A stretch of DNA of 64,000 bases from Candidatus Sulfotelmatobacter sp. (GTDB lineage: Bacteria > Acidobacteriota > Terriglobia > Terriglobales > Acidobacteriaceae). Numbering within the stretch: position 1 is the first letter of the stretch; each line of letters opens with the position of its first letter. The stretch spans positions 4,716-68,715 of the forward strand of contig DAIUEW010000020.1 in the NCBI GenBank assembly GCA_036844925.1, read 5' to 3'. Made by a program: the position numbers and the translations under genes. This document shows positions 9,539 to 18,501 of the stretch, piece after piece. Below the pieces are notes generated by a model. The model did no database searches, was not told where the DNA came from, and saw only the letters and a program-made list of their open reading frames with translations.

Positions 9539-10918
9539 TCAAGCGGAGTGGGCAGCGTTCCAAACGCGCACCCTTTCGAGACTGGCGAGGAACGGCTTTA
9601 AGGCTGCATAGAGAAACACCGCCGCGAGTCCGCATGCCACCGATGTCACGATGACCAGCGAGTAGCGCACGGCATCATCCCGTCCAAACGCGTACTGTGT
9701 CAATGCTCCCACGGCAGTGGGTCCGATTCCCAGCCCGATGAGATTGATGGAGAACAAATACACAGCGGAGGCCTGCCCACGCATGGTTGGGGGCATCATT
9801 TGCTGAATGGCGGCGGGAGCGATACCGAAGGGAGCTGCGGCAAGCGCGCAGCCGGCAACCAACCAGAGGGTTGCCCAAGTCGCCGACGGCGCCAGGTACA
9901 AAAGACAATTAACAGGTATCCCGACTAGTCCGATCAGTGCACCCACAAACAGGGTCGCGTTGTCGCGGCCGCGCTTGCGCAAGTAGTCAGCGATCCGGCC
10001 CGCGCTGATGATTCCGACGCAACCGAAGATCGCGACGCAGGAGCCGTAGACGACGCCGGTGCTTCCGATTGCCCAGTGGAAATTGCGCCGATAGAATTCC
10101 GGGACCCAAGCGGCACTGGCGTATGAAGAGAGCGCAAGTAGGCCGAAACCGATGTTGTGGAGCAGGAATGTCCGCCGGTTTTTGAAAATATAGGAGAAGA
10201 CTTGCCGCGCTGGAACAGGCGTCCGTCGGGCAGTTCCGGGGCGTGCGGAGGGTTCGCGTACGGTAAAGAGCAGGGGTGCCACAGCAATGCCCGGAAGGCC
10301 GATCGAAAGAAAGATGATCTGCCAGGGATGGACGGCTCCCAGCAGCGGAATGGTCCACATGGATTGGGTCGAAGCATACGCCACGACTAGTCCACCGAGC
10401 AGGTAGGCCAGGCCGGAACCGATGTAGATGCCCATCGAATAAACGCTGAGTGCAGTGGCCAGACGGTCACGAGGAAAATAATCGGTGATGAGCGAGTAGG
10501 CAGCGGGTGAAAGCGCCGCCTCTCCGACGCCCACACCCATGCGCAGCAAAAGCATTGTTTCGAACGTAAAGGCCAGCCCGCAACCGGCCGTAAACCCACT
10601 CCACAACACCAGGCCGGCCGCGATAATCAGCCTACGGCTGTATATGTCGGCCAGCCTGCCGAGAGGGATTCCGAAGAATGTATAAAACAGCGCGAAGCTG
10701 AATCCAATCAGCAAACTCATCTTAGCGTCGCCGATGTGTAAGTCGCGACGAAGCGGGCCGACCAGCAGACTGAAGATCTGGCGGGAGATGAACGAGAACG
10801 CGTACAGAAGCGTTAAGACGCCGACGACGTACCAGGCGTAGCGCAATGAATGTGCGGTAGAGTCGGCCGTGGTCTGAGCAGCGGCGGTTGTGGCTTCGGT
10901 TGGCGTTATAGAGGGCAT
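9539..10918 (-). CDS. MFS transporter (Spinster-like)
   Basis: 459 aa with about 12 hydrophobic segments. MFS loop motif GIPLGRLADIYSRR. Reads into the kinase gene (38-bp gap). Confidence 0.85.
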   Translation of the reverse strand: MPSITPTEATTAAAQTTADSTAHSLRYAWYVVGVLTLLYAFSFISRQIFSLLVGPLRRDLHIGDAKMSLLIGFSFALFYTFFGIPLGRLADIYSRRLIIAAGLVLWSGFTAGCGLAFTFETMLLLRMGVGVGEAALSPAAYSLITDYFPRDRLATALSVYSMGIYIGSGLAYLLGGLVVAYASTQSMWTIPLLGAVHPWQIIFLSIGLPGIAVAPLLFTVREPSARPGTARRTPVPARQVFSYIFKNRRTFLLHNIGFGLLALSSYASAAWVPEFYRRNFHWAIGSTGVVYGSCVAIFGCVGIISAGRIADYLRKRGRDNATLFVGALIGLVGIPVNCLLYLAPSATWATLWLVAGCALAAAPFGIAPAAIQQMMPPTMRGQASAVYLFSINLIGLGIGPTAVGALTQYAFGRDDAVRYSLVIVTSVACGLAAVFLYAALKPFLASLERVRVWNAAHSA

Positions 10919-11067
10919 CTTTTTGTAATTTCGTTTGCTTCAGATGATTGACGAGAATGATTGACGGGATCAGTAGTTCCGGCTGTCCGCGCGGTTAGAG
11001 CAATCATCCTGCAGACGGACGCGCGAAACCTACGGTAAGGCACCGCGCGTCCGGCTGTTGCTCGCTG

Positions 11068-12723
11068 TTAAAAAGTGTCCCAAAACGTTGAGCACTGGTG
11101 ACTACTGTTAAAGTCGGACTCGACCACTGGCGCCGGTGGTATCAACGATTGGAACTCGTCGGTTGACGCACTGTAGGGAGACCAGAGCGGTTCATCGGAG
11201 GAATTGGGGTCTCCCTTCTTCGCGAACTGCGTCCAGTAGCTGACCATCGCATCGGAGAGTTGGATTTGCTGGCTTGAAAGCGTTGTCGGAAGTCCGAAAA
11301 CATCGATGCCCGGGAACAGGTATTGAAGCTCAGAGCTATGATAGGCACCCAACGGAAAGGTTAACAATCCGCCAAACAAAGACTGCGCGGGGGGAGCGTT
11401 CTCATCGTTGAACTCATAGGCATAGGTCGGCACGAGTTTCGACAATGCTTGATCCACGTTGCGCGCGGGACAGCTGAAAACTCCGTCGGTACCCGATGCT
11501 CCCAGTGCCTCGCCACCGACAGGGTATGCGGCGAATGGGTACAAGGCGAGGACGGGTGGACCGATCGGACCCCACAGAGCATTGGAGTCAGCATCGTACT
11601 CTCCCGAAGTCAATATCGGATTCCCGACGAGGTCGAAGTCAAGAGCGACAAACAATCGATATTCATCGTGATTGGTGCCCGCGATTACCTGCACGTGATT
11701 GAATTCGCCGCTGGCAAAAGCCTCGCCGATTGTCTGTGTAAGAAGCGTTCCATCGACGAAAGGATACAGGGGGAATGGCTCTTTCGCGACCATCGTCGCA
11801 GCGGGAACGGCACGCAGACACGAAGCTGTCTGGCTCGTGCATCCGACACTGTCGGCAATCGCGGCACCCGACGGTACGCTTCGAGTGCCCGTCGTTTCGG
11901 CCTGCGCCAGAGTCACGACATTGGAAAAATAATCCTGGAATTCTGCATATGACCCGCTTTCCGCAATCGCTCCTCGGAACAGGCCCGACGCAAGAGGAGA
12001 GGCCAGCTGGGCGTAGACGCTTTGTCCGCCCGCCGACTCACCGAATATCGTGATTCGGTCGGGATCGCCGCCAAAGTTCGCAATGTTCCTGCGAACCCAC
12101 TTCAGCGCGAATTGCTGATCCATCAAACCATAGTTGCCATTGAGATGGCCTTCTGCATCGATCGCAGACTGGGCAAGGAATCCCAGGAAACCCAGGCGGT
12201 AATTAATGGTAACGACAATCACGTCTTTTCCTACGAGCAGCTCGGGATTGTAAGGTGTGCTGCTGCCATTAATGAGTCCTCCTCCATGAATCCAGAACAT
12301 CACCGGGAGGCCGCGCCGATCGTGATCACGCCATCCATCATGCGATTTCACCTGTGGGGTGAAGACATTCAGGAAAAGGCAATTCTCGCCGCCGATTCCT
12401 CCAGGTTGGGTGCACGCACTGCCGAATTGGGTCGCCTGGAGGAAAAATCCTGGAAAAAGGCCGTAACGCTTCGGCGGTTTCCAGCGCAGAGATCCTAGCG
12501 GCGGAGCTGCGTACGGGATGCCGAGAAATTGGTTTACGCCATCTGTCGTTGAGCCAATCACGACTCCGCTTTCAGTAAGAGCAATCGGAGGGTGAGATGA
12601 GTCGCTGGCAGATGCAGTGGGCGCCGAACTCAGCGCGACCACGCAGATCGCCAATCCAAGCAAAAGTTTATAGGTAAAGCCAAAGTGATCGAGCCGCTTG
12701 TTCGCGTTCTCTGTGTTTTTCAT
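11068..12723 (-). CDS. Secreted type-B carboxylesterase/lipase
   Basis: GIPYAAPPLGSLRW, HGGGL, nucleophile elbow FGESAGG. Signal peptide LLLGLAICVVALSSAPTASA. Start placed at the second ATG (12723), preceded by GGAGGA; the ORF extends to 12738. Confidence 0.85.
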   Translation of the reverse strand: MKNTENANKRLDHFGFTYKLLLGLAICVVALSSAPTASASDSSHPPIALTESGVVIGSTTDGVNQFLGIPYAAPPLGSLRWKPPKRYGLFPGFFLQATQFGSACTQPGGIGGENCLFLNVFTPQVKSHDGWRDHDRRGLPVMFWIHGGGLINGSSTPYNPELLVGKDVIVVTINYRLGFLGFLAQSAIDAEGHLNGNYGLMDQQFALKWVRRNIANFGGDPDRITIFGESAGGQSVYAQLASPLASGLFRGAIAESGSYAEFQDYFSNVVTLAQAETTGTRSVPSGAAIADSVGCTSQTASCLRAVPAATMVAKEPFPLYPFVDGTLLTQTIGEAFASGEFNHVQVIAGTNHDEYRLFVALDFDLVGNPILTSGEYDADSNALWGPIGPPVLALYPFAAYPVGGEALGASGTDGVFSCPARNVDQALSKLVPTYAYEFNDENAPPAQSLFGGLLTFPLGAYHSSELQYLFPGIDVFGLPTTLSSQQIQLSDAMVSYWTQFAKKGDPNSSDEPLWSPYSASTDEFQSLIPPAPVVESDFNSSHQCSTFWDTF

Positions 12724-12776
12724 CGCTGATTCCTCCATCAGTTGCTCAATGTTGTTGTGCGTTCTAAAAACCCCTC

Positions 12777-14906
12777 TTACGCCATCACGGTTTGTTCTTT
12801 ATTGAACTCGGCAAAGGTCCTGCCTTCTTCGGCGAGACGTTTCAGCAAGGGAGCAGGCTCCCAGAGTTCGCCGTGCCGTTGATGAAATTCTGAGATGCGG
12901 CGGTAGACCTTATCCAGTCCGACCGCGTCGGCATACCACATCGGACCGCCGCGATAGGCTGGGAAGCCGTAACCATTCAGATAGATGATGTCGATGTCGA
13001 CGGCGCGCAGAGCGATGCCTTCGTCGAGAATGCGCGCGCCCTCATTCACCAAGGCATAGATGCAGCGGTCGACGGTCTCCTGGGATGAGATCTTGCGTGG
13101 CGCGATGCCGGCTTCGCTCGCCCACTTCCGCACCCATTGGTCGACTTCAGGATCGGGAATCGCTCGTCGGTTCTCGTCATACTTGTACCAGCCCGCACCG
13201 GTTTTCTGGCCGTAGCGTCCAAGTTCGCAGAGACGATCCTCGGCGAAGGGCTGGCGCACGCCAGGTTTTTCGAGGTGCCGATACTCTTTGCGGATACGCC
13301 AGCCGACGTCAAGGCCCGCCAGATCGCCTGTAGACATCGGTCCCATGGCCATGCCGAAGTCGTGCAGTGCCTGGTCGACAGCTTCAACGCTTGCGCCTTC
13401 TTCAACAAGGAACTGAGCTTCGCGGCGGTAGGGGCCGAACATGCGATTTCCGACAAAGCCGCGGCAGTTGCCAACGGCCACACCGACTTTGCCGAGTTTT
13501 TTCGAGAGCTGCATGCAGGTCGCGATCACGTCTTTGCCGGTTGCCTTGCCGCGTACGATTTCGAGCAGGCGCATGATATTCGCGGGACTGAAAAAATGAG
13601 TGCCGACTACGGCTTCAGGCCGCGAAGTGGCCGAGGCTATTTCATCGATGTCGAGGGTTGATGTGTTACTCGCCAAGATCGCCCCTTTCTTGCATGCTCG
13701 ATCCAACTGGCCGAAGACTTCTTTCTTGAGCACCATGCCCTCGAATACGGCCTCGACCACCATATCCACTTTGCCGAAATCGTCGTAGCTGAGGGTTGGG
13801 CGAATCAGCTCCAGGCGTTCATCCACGAACTGTTGGGTGAAGCGTCCGCGCTTAACCGAACTGAGGTAATTCTTCTGGATGGTGGCTAGCCCACGATCAA
13901 GTGTCGGCTGGTCGGCGTCCTTGAGCAACACGAGCATGCCGGCGTTGGCGAACACCATGGCGATTCCGCCTCCCATGGTTCCAGCACCGACTATCGCCAC
14001 GGAGCTTACCGGGACGATGGGAGTTTCTTTTGGTATGTCCGGAATCTTGGCGACCTCGCGCTCACCGAAGAAAACATGGATGAGCGCCTTGGATTGATCC
14101 GAGAAAAGGCAATCGTTGAATAGCTTTTGTTCAACCTGGCAGCCTTCATCAAAGGAAAGCTTGGTAGCGGCTTCCACCGCGTCGATGGCCGCCAGCGGCG
14201 CGATCATGCCGCGCTGTTTGGTGCGAGCCTTCTCGCGTGTGGCAGCGAAGACGGGTGCATTCTGCTCGAGAGTGCCCAGTTTAACGTTGCGCTCACGAGT
14301 CTTGAGGAGGGGGCTTCCGGCGATTCCGCGCGAGAAAGTTATGGCGCTCGTCAGTAGATCGCCCTCGATCAAACGGTCCACAAGCCCCAGTCGCAGGGCT
14401 TCCTGAGCTGTGATTGGGTTGCCTTCCGAACACATCTCGACGGCTTTTGCAACGCCCACGAGCCGAGGTAAACGCTGCGTACCGCCTGCGCCCGGAATAA
14501 TTCCGAGCTTCACTTCGGGCTGACCCATTTGCGAATTCGGAGCAGCCACCCGATAGTGGCCAGCCATGGCAAGCTCAAGGCCGCCGCCGAAGGCGCTGCC
14601 ATGAATGGCGACGACAACGGGTTTGCGCAGATTTTCTATCTGAAGCAAAAGCGGAAGGAGGCCTGCGCCGCGCTGGGTTTTGCCAGACGTGATCTTGCCG
14701 AATTCTTTTATGTCGGCGCCGGCGACGAATGTGCGGCCGCCACCAATCAGCACCACCGCCTTGATGCCGTCATCTTTGGCCACCTCAAAGGCCCTGGCAA
14801 TCCCCTGCGCGACGGCGGGGCTCAAGGCGTTCACGGGAGGATTATTGATGGTGATGATTGCGACATCTTTATTCTTGTCCCGCGTGAGTTGAACCAGATC
14901 GTCCAT
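12777..14906 (-). CDS. Bifunctional enoyl-CoA hydratase / 3-hydroxyacyl-CoA dehydrogenase (FadB/FadJ-like)
   Basis: 709 aa. N-terminal crotonase ([21 protein letters not shown]). Central NAD-binding [13 protein letters not shown]-terminal 3HCDH domain. Confidence 0.9.
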   Translation of the reverse strand: MDDLVQLTRDKNKDVAIITINNPPVNALSPAVAQGIARAFEVAKDDGIKAVVLIGGGRTFVAGADIKEFGKITSGKTQRGAGLLPLLLQIENLRKPVVVAIHGSAFGGGLELAMAGHYRVAAPNSQMGQPEVKLGIIPGAGGTQRLPRLVGVAKAVEMCSEGNPITAQEALRLGLVDRLIEGDLLTSAITFSRGIAGSPLLKTRERNVKLGTLEQNAPVFAATREKARTKQRGMIAPLAAIDAVEAATKLSFDEGCQVEQKLFNDCLFSDQSKALIHVFFGEREVAKIPDIPKETPIVPVSSVAIVGAGTMGGGIAMVFANAGMLVLLKDADQPTLDRGLATIQKNYLSSVKRGRFTQQFVDERLELIRPTLSYDDFGKVDMVVEAVFEGMVLKKEVFGQLDRACKKGAILASNTSTLDIDEIASATSRPEAVVGTHFFSPANIMRLLEIVRGKATGKDVIATCMQLSKKLGKVGVAVGNCRGFVGNRMFGPYRREAQFLVEEGASVEAVDQALHDFGMAMGPMSTGDLAGLDVGWRIRKEYRHLEKPGVRQPFAEDRLCELGRYGQKTGAGWYKYDENRRAIPDPEVDQWVRKWASEAGIAPRKISSQETVDRCIYALVNEGARILDEGIALRAVDIDIIYLNGYGFPAYRGGPMWYADAVGLDKVYRRISEFHQRHGELWEPAPLLKRLAEEGRTFAEFNKEQTVMA

Positions 14907-14972
14907 AAAACTCGCTCTCCTGCTGGGTTGACGACTGAAACCGGGGTCTTGTTTCTCGATCTTTACTTTTTA

Positions 14973-15001
14973 TTTTTTGTTTTTTGTTTTTTGTTTTTTT
15001 G
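14973..15001. repeat. (T6G)x4 heptanucleotide tract in the fadD-like/fadB-like spacer
   Basis: ttttttg ttttttg ttttttg tttttttg. On the coding (minus) strand this is an A-rich (CA6)n tract about 67 nt upstream of the 14906 start. Confidence 0.9.
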
Positions 15002-15031
15002 CTTTAAAGCTAGCTCAATTACTCCAGGGAT

Positions 15032-16639
15032 TTATTTGTGCGTCGTAAATTGGGGCTGACCAGTTTGGTTTTCGCTCCAATACTTTTGCCGCAGGCCTTT
15101 TTTTAGAACTTTGCCGGTCGCCGTTTTGGGCAAGCCCTCCAGGAACTCAATCGACCGTGGACACTTGAAGTGCGCGATACGCGATCGGCAAAACTCGAGC
15201 AGCTCCGCTTCTGTCAGATTTGATCCTGGTTTGGGTACCACAAGTCCCTTGGGCACTTCTCCCCATTTTTCATCCGGGACTGGAATGACAGCAGCCTCGT
15301 AAACGTCGGGATGGGCCACGATGGCCTTCTCCACCTCGAGCGATGAAATGTTTTCGCCACCACTGACAATGATGTCTTTCCTGCGATCAACGATGAGGAT
15401 GTATCCATCCTCGGTAATGGTGGCCATGTCTCCGGTATGGAACCAGCCGTCGCGCATCGCGTCTGCAGTGTATGCGGGCTGTTGCCAGTATCCCTGCATC
15501 ACGCCATCGGAACGAGCGATAATCTCGCCCATGGTTTCGCCGTCGCGTGGAACATCGTTGCCCTCACCGTCCACAACCCGAAGCTCCACACCTGGAATTG
15601 CGTATCCGGTCTTTGCCCGAGCCACATAGCGCTGCTCGCCCTCGACTTCGACTCCAAGCTTTGGTTTGGCGGTAGAGAGCACCGGAGAAGTTTCCGTCAG
15701 GCCGTATCCGGCAAAACAAACACAGCCAAGTTTTTCCTCGACCTCGCCTACCAAGGTGGGAGACGATGCTGCCCCGCCAATTGAAATCCACTGCAGACTG
15801 CTCAGATCGTATTTTGGCCGCTCGGGTGAATTCACTAATGCCGTCGCCATGATCGGCACGAGGCTCAGCGAATCGACGCGCTCGCGTTCAATCAATTGAA
15901 AAACTTCCGCGCAGGTAAAGCGCTGAATCATGACATGTTTTCCCCCGACGAAGGTGACCGAGTGGGCCGTACCCCAGCCGTTGGCGTGGAACAACGGAAT
16001 GGTATGCAGGTCTACGGTCTCAGCTTTAGTAAGGAATGTCAGACAAACCGAGAGCGCATGCAGATAGATATTTCTGTGGGTCAGCATCACTCCCTTGGGG
16101 TCGGCGCTGGTGCCACTGGTATAGAACAGTTCAGCAAGGGAGTTTTCGTCGAAGTCCATAATGTCGGCGCGGTATGGGGTCGCGGCGGCCAAAATGTCTT
16201 CATAATTCTGCGATGAAAGCCACGAGGCTTGCGGTGCGGAGTCAAGCAGGAAGAAAGTCTGCAAGTTTGGAACGCTGTGGCGGAAAGAATCTACGACTCC
16301 TTCGAACTCTTTTTCCAGAAAGAGCACCTTCGCACCGGCATCGTTCAGGATGTATGCCAGTTCACGAGGCGCAAGGCGGATGTTCAACGGAAGCAAGACT
16401 GCGCCAGCTTCCAGAACGCCGTAATAGGCTTCGAGAAGCCGATGGCAATTCAGGCTGAGAAATGCGACGCGGTCGCCGGCTTTCACTCCGGCTGCGCGCA
16501 GAGCGCCGGCGAGGCGGCTGGCGCGTTCGGCGAATTGGGCGTAGGTGAACCGCAGGTTCCCGCAGACTATGGCGGTCTTACCAGGGAACTGCTGTTCAGC
16601 GTAGCGCAGGAATCGTACGGGGGTAAGCGGAATATTCAT
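15032..16639 (-). CDS. AMP-dependent acyl-CoA synthetase (fatty-acid--CoA ligase)
   Basis: 535 aa. AMP-binding motifs YTSGTSADPKGV, GYGLTETS, GWFHTGD, and a C-terminal PKTATGKV-type lysine. Confidence 0.9.
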   Translation of the reverse strand: MNIPLTPVRFLRYAEQQFPGKTAIVCGNLRFTYAQFAERASRLAGALRAAGVKAGDRVAFLSLNCHRLLEAYYGVLEAGAVLLPLNIRLAPRELAYILNDAGAKVLFLEKEFEGVVDSFRHSVPNLQTFFLLDSAPQASWLSSQNYEDILAAATPYRADIMDFDENSLAELFYTSGTSADPKGVMLTHRNIYLHALSVCLTFLTKAETVDLHTIPLFHANGWGTAHSVTFVGGKHVMIQRFTCAEVFQLIERERVDSLSLVPIMATALVNSPERPKYDLSSLQWISIGGAASSPTLVGEVEEKLGCVCFAGYGLTETSPVLSTAKPKLGVEVEGEQRYVARAKTGYAIPGVELRVVDGEGNDVPRDGETMGEIIARSDGVMQGYWQQPAYTADAMRDGWFHTGDMATITEDGYILIVDRRKDIIVSGGENISSLEVEKAIVAHPDVYEAAVIPVPDEKWGEVPKGLVVPKPGSNLTEAELLEFCRSRIAHFKCPRSIEFLEGLPKTATGKVLKKGLRQKYWSENQTGQPQFTTHK

Positions 16640-16669
16640 GACTCAATGCGTCCTGCAAAAATCTCGTCA

Positions 16670-17569
16670 CTACCAGGCGGACTGACCTCCATCTACTACG
16701 AGCACGTGGCCGGTGACAAAATTAGAGGCGTCGGAAGCGAGAAAGACAGCTGCTCCTTTCAAATCATGTTCGTTGCCAAAACGCTGTAACGGAATGTGTG
16801 AGAGGAAAAGATCTTGATGATGCTCCAGGACGCGGCTCGACATGTGAGTGGGAAACCATCCAGGCGCGATTGCGTTCACCTGGATGTTGTGAGCCGCCCA
16901 CTTACATGCGAGATCTTTGGTGAAGGCGATGACTCCGCCTTTGCTGGCGTGATAACCGGGTGCTGAGAGTTCCGGAGGAGCGCCGCCCAGTCCAGCTACC
17001 GACGCGATGTTGATGATCTTTCCCTGGGTGGTCCTTCCCTGGCTGAGCTTTCCTTGGTTGAGCTTCCCTTGGCTAAGCTTTTCGCGGTTTTGCTGGATCA
17101 TGACTTTGCCCACTGCCTGGGCGCACAGAAAAGTGCCGGTCAGGTTGGTCTCGATAACCTTGTTCCAATCTTCCAGCCGCATCTCCTCAACGGGAGCGCC
17201 CCAGGAGATTCCCGCGTTATTGATCAGGACATCGATCTTTCCGAACTGCGAGAGAGTCGCGTCGACAACTTCCTGAATGCTGGCCGGACTCTTAACATCG
17301 CACGCCAGGGCAATGGCTTTGACACCGAGTTGCTGCAACTCCTCGGCGGCCTGAAGGCAGCGCTCCTGCTTGCGAGCGCACAATACAATGTTGGCGCCCA
17401 TTTCTGCGAGGCCCTCGGCCATTTGACGTCCCAATCCGATGGAGCCTCCGGTAATGATCGCCACACGCCCGGTAAGGTCGAAAAGCTGCTTCACATTCCT
17501 GGTTGAATTCTGCGTGGTGGAATTCTGCACGGTGGAATTCTGCGTAGTTCCGGCAGCATCCTTCAACAT
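16670..17569 (-). CDS. SDR-family oxidoreductase
   Basis: 299 aa. Rossmann TGGSIGLG, NNAG, catalytic YHASK. Two in-frame pentapeptide-repeat insertions. The ATG at 17569 is preceded by the tandem SD array; an alternative GTG lies at 17494. Confidence 0.85.
   Translation of the reverse strand: MLKDAAGTTQNSTVQNSTTQNSTRNVKQLFDLTGRVAIITGGSIGLGRQMAEGLAEMGANIVLCARKQERCLQAAEELQQLGVKAIALACDVKSPASIQEVVDATLSQFGKIDVLINNAGISWGAPVEEMRLEDWNKVIETNLTGTFLCAQAVGKVMIQQNREKLSQGKLNQGKLSQGRTTQGKIINIASVAGLGGAPPELSAPGYHASKGGVIAFTKDLACKWAAHNIQVNAIAPGWFPTHMSSRVLEHHQDLFLSHIPLQRFGNEHDLKGAAVFLASDASNFVTGHVLVVDGGQSAW
17021..17095 (-). repeat. 15-bp tandem repeat x4-5 inside the SDR CDS
   Basis: Plus-strand units tttccctgggtggtc / cttccctggctgagc / tttccttggttgagc / ttcccttggctaagc, plus one degenerate unit. 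They encode KLSQG-KLNQG-KLSQG-RTTQG. Confidence 0.9.
17501..17545 (-). repeat. 15-bp tandem repeat x3 at the SDR N-terminus
   Basis: ggttgaattctgcgt / ggtggaattctgcac / ggtggaattctgcgt. Encodes TTQNS-TVQNS-TTQNS ahead of the Rossmann fold. Confidence 0.9.
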
Positions 17570-18411
17570 GAAGCCTTCTCCTTCTCCTTCTCCTTCTCCT
17601 TCTCCAACGGATCGCCGCTGCTGGCCCGCTGGTTGAGGAATTCCAGAATAGCGCGGTGTGCGGCTTCCGGCTGGTCGGTGGTGAAGAGATGGCTGGCATG
17701 GGGAATCATCACGAGCTTTGCACCCGGAATTCGCTGGGCGATTAATTTGCCATTTCCCGGCGGCACGAGGCGGTCATTCTCGCCGTGGATTACCAAGGTG
17801 GGCGCAGCGATTCCGGAAAGCCGACTGTATGATTCCCAGGCAATGATGCCCTGCAACTGCGCTGTATAGGCCTCGGGGCGGGGCAACCACGGCCGGCGAA
17901 TTGCAAGGTCTTCGTCAATTCGTTCGCGTGGGGTTGTCGAATCGTAAATAAAAGGTACGGGGGCCTCGAGCGCCTGCTCGGGAGTCATTTTGTCGCGGGT
18001 CATGAGCATCTGAGTTGCTTCCGCGTCGGCGCGCACTGCGGTCGGGCCGCCGGCGGCAGTGCAGCCCAGAACCAGCGACCGCACCCGGTTCGGATATTGC
18101 AGTGCGAATTCCTGCGCGATCATGCCACCCATGGAAACGCCGAAGACGTGCGCGCTCTCGGCTCCAGCGGCCTCCAGAACGGCTGCAACGTCGGATGCCA
18201 TCGACGCGATCGGATACGGACCTGGCGGTACATCGCTTCTTCCAACGCCACGATTATCCAGCGCGATGGTTTGGTAACGCTGCGACAGAACGGGCCGCGT
18301 GCGATGCCACATGGAGGAGGAATAGCCGAGCCCCATAATCAGTAAGAGAGGAGCGCCATGGCCTTGTTCGTCCCAATAGATACGAGCCCCCTGATTTTCA
18401 ACGAACGCCAT
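17563..18411 (-). CDS. Alpha/beta-fold hydrolase
   Basis: HGAPLLLIMGLG, nucleophile elbow GVSMGG, C-terminal IPHASHL. Start at the ATG at 18411, preceded by GGAG; the ORF extends to 18435. The stop overlaps the SDR start (ATGTTGA). Confidence 0.8.
   Translation of the reverse strand: MAFVENQGARIYWDEQGHGAPLLLIMGLGYSSSMWHRTRPVLSQRYQTIALDNRGVGRSDVPPGPYPIASMASDVAAVLEAAGAESAHVFGVSMGGMIAQEFALQYPNRVRSLVLGCTAAGGPTAVRADAEATQMLMTRDKMTPEQALEAPVPFIYDSTTPRERIDEDLAIRRPWLPRPEAYTAQLQGIIAWESYSRLSGIAAPTLVIHGENDRLVPPGNGKLIAQRIPGAKLVMIPHASHLFTTDQPEAAHRAILEFLNQRASSGDPLEKEKEKEKEKASC
17574..17605 (-). repeat. Hexanucleotide microsatellite (CCTTCT)5, which is (GAGAAG)5 on the coding strand
   Basis: Encodes the (EK)5 C-terminal tail of the hydrolase. 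It also forms four tandem AAGGAG Shine-Dalgarno motifs 8 nt upstream of the SDR ATG. Confidence 0.95.
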
Positions 18412-18501
18412 TGAGTGCTCCGTAGAGTGAAACAAAAGTGATCGCGGCCGCTGACGGGTAGTCTCACGACCAACGTTAGAACCAACCAGCCTTCCCGGCC
18501 G

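Noticed and set aside
8745-17605. The tandem repeats (15-18-bp units) considered as a possible CRISPR array
   Set aside because: The units are directly abutting with no spacers. They are far shorter than CRISPR repeats, lie inside conserved CDSs in frame, and no cas genes are present.
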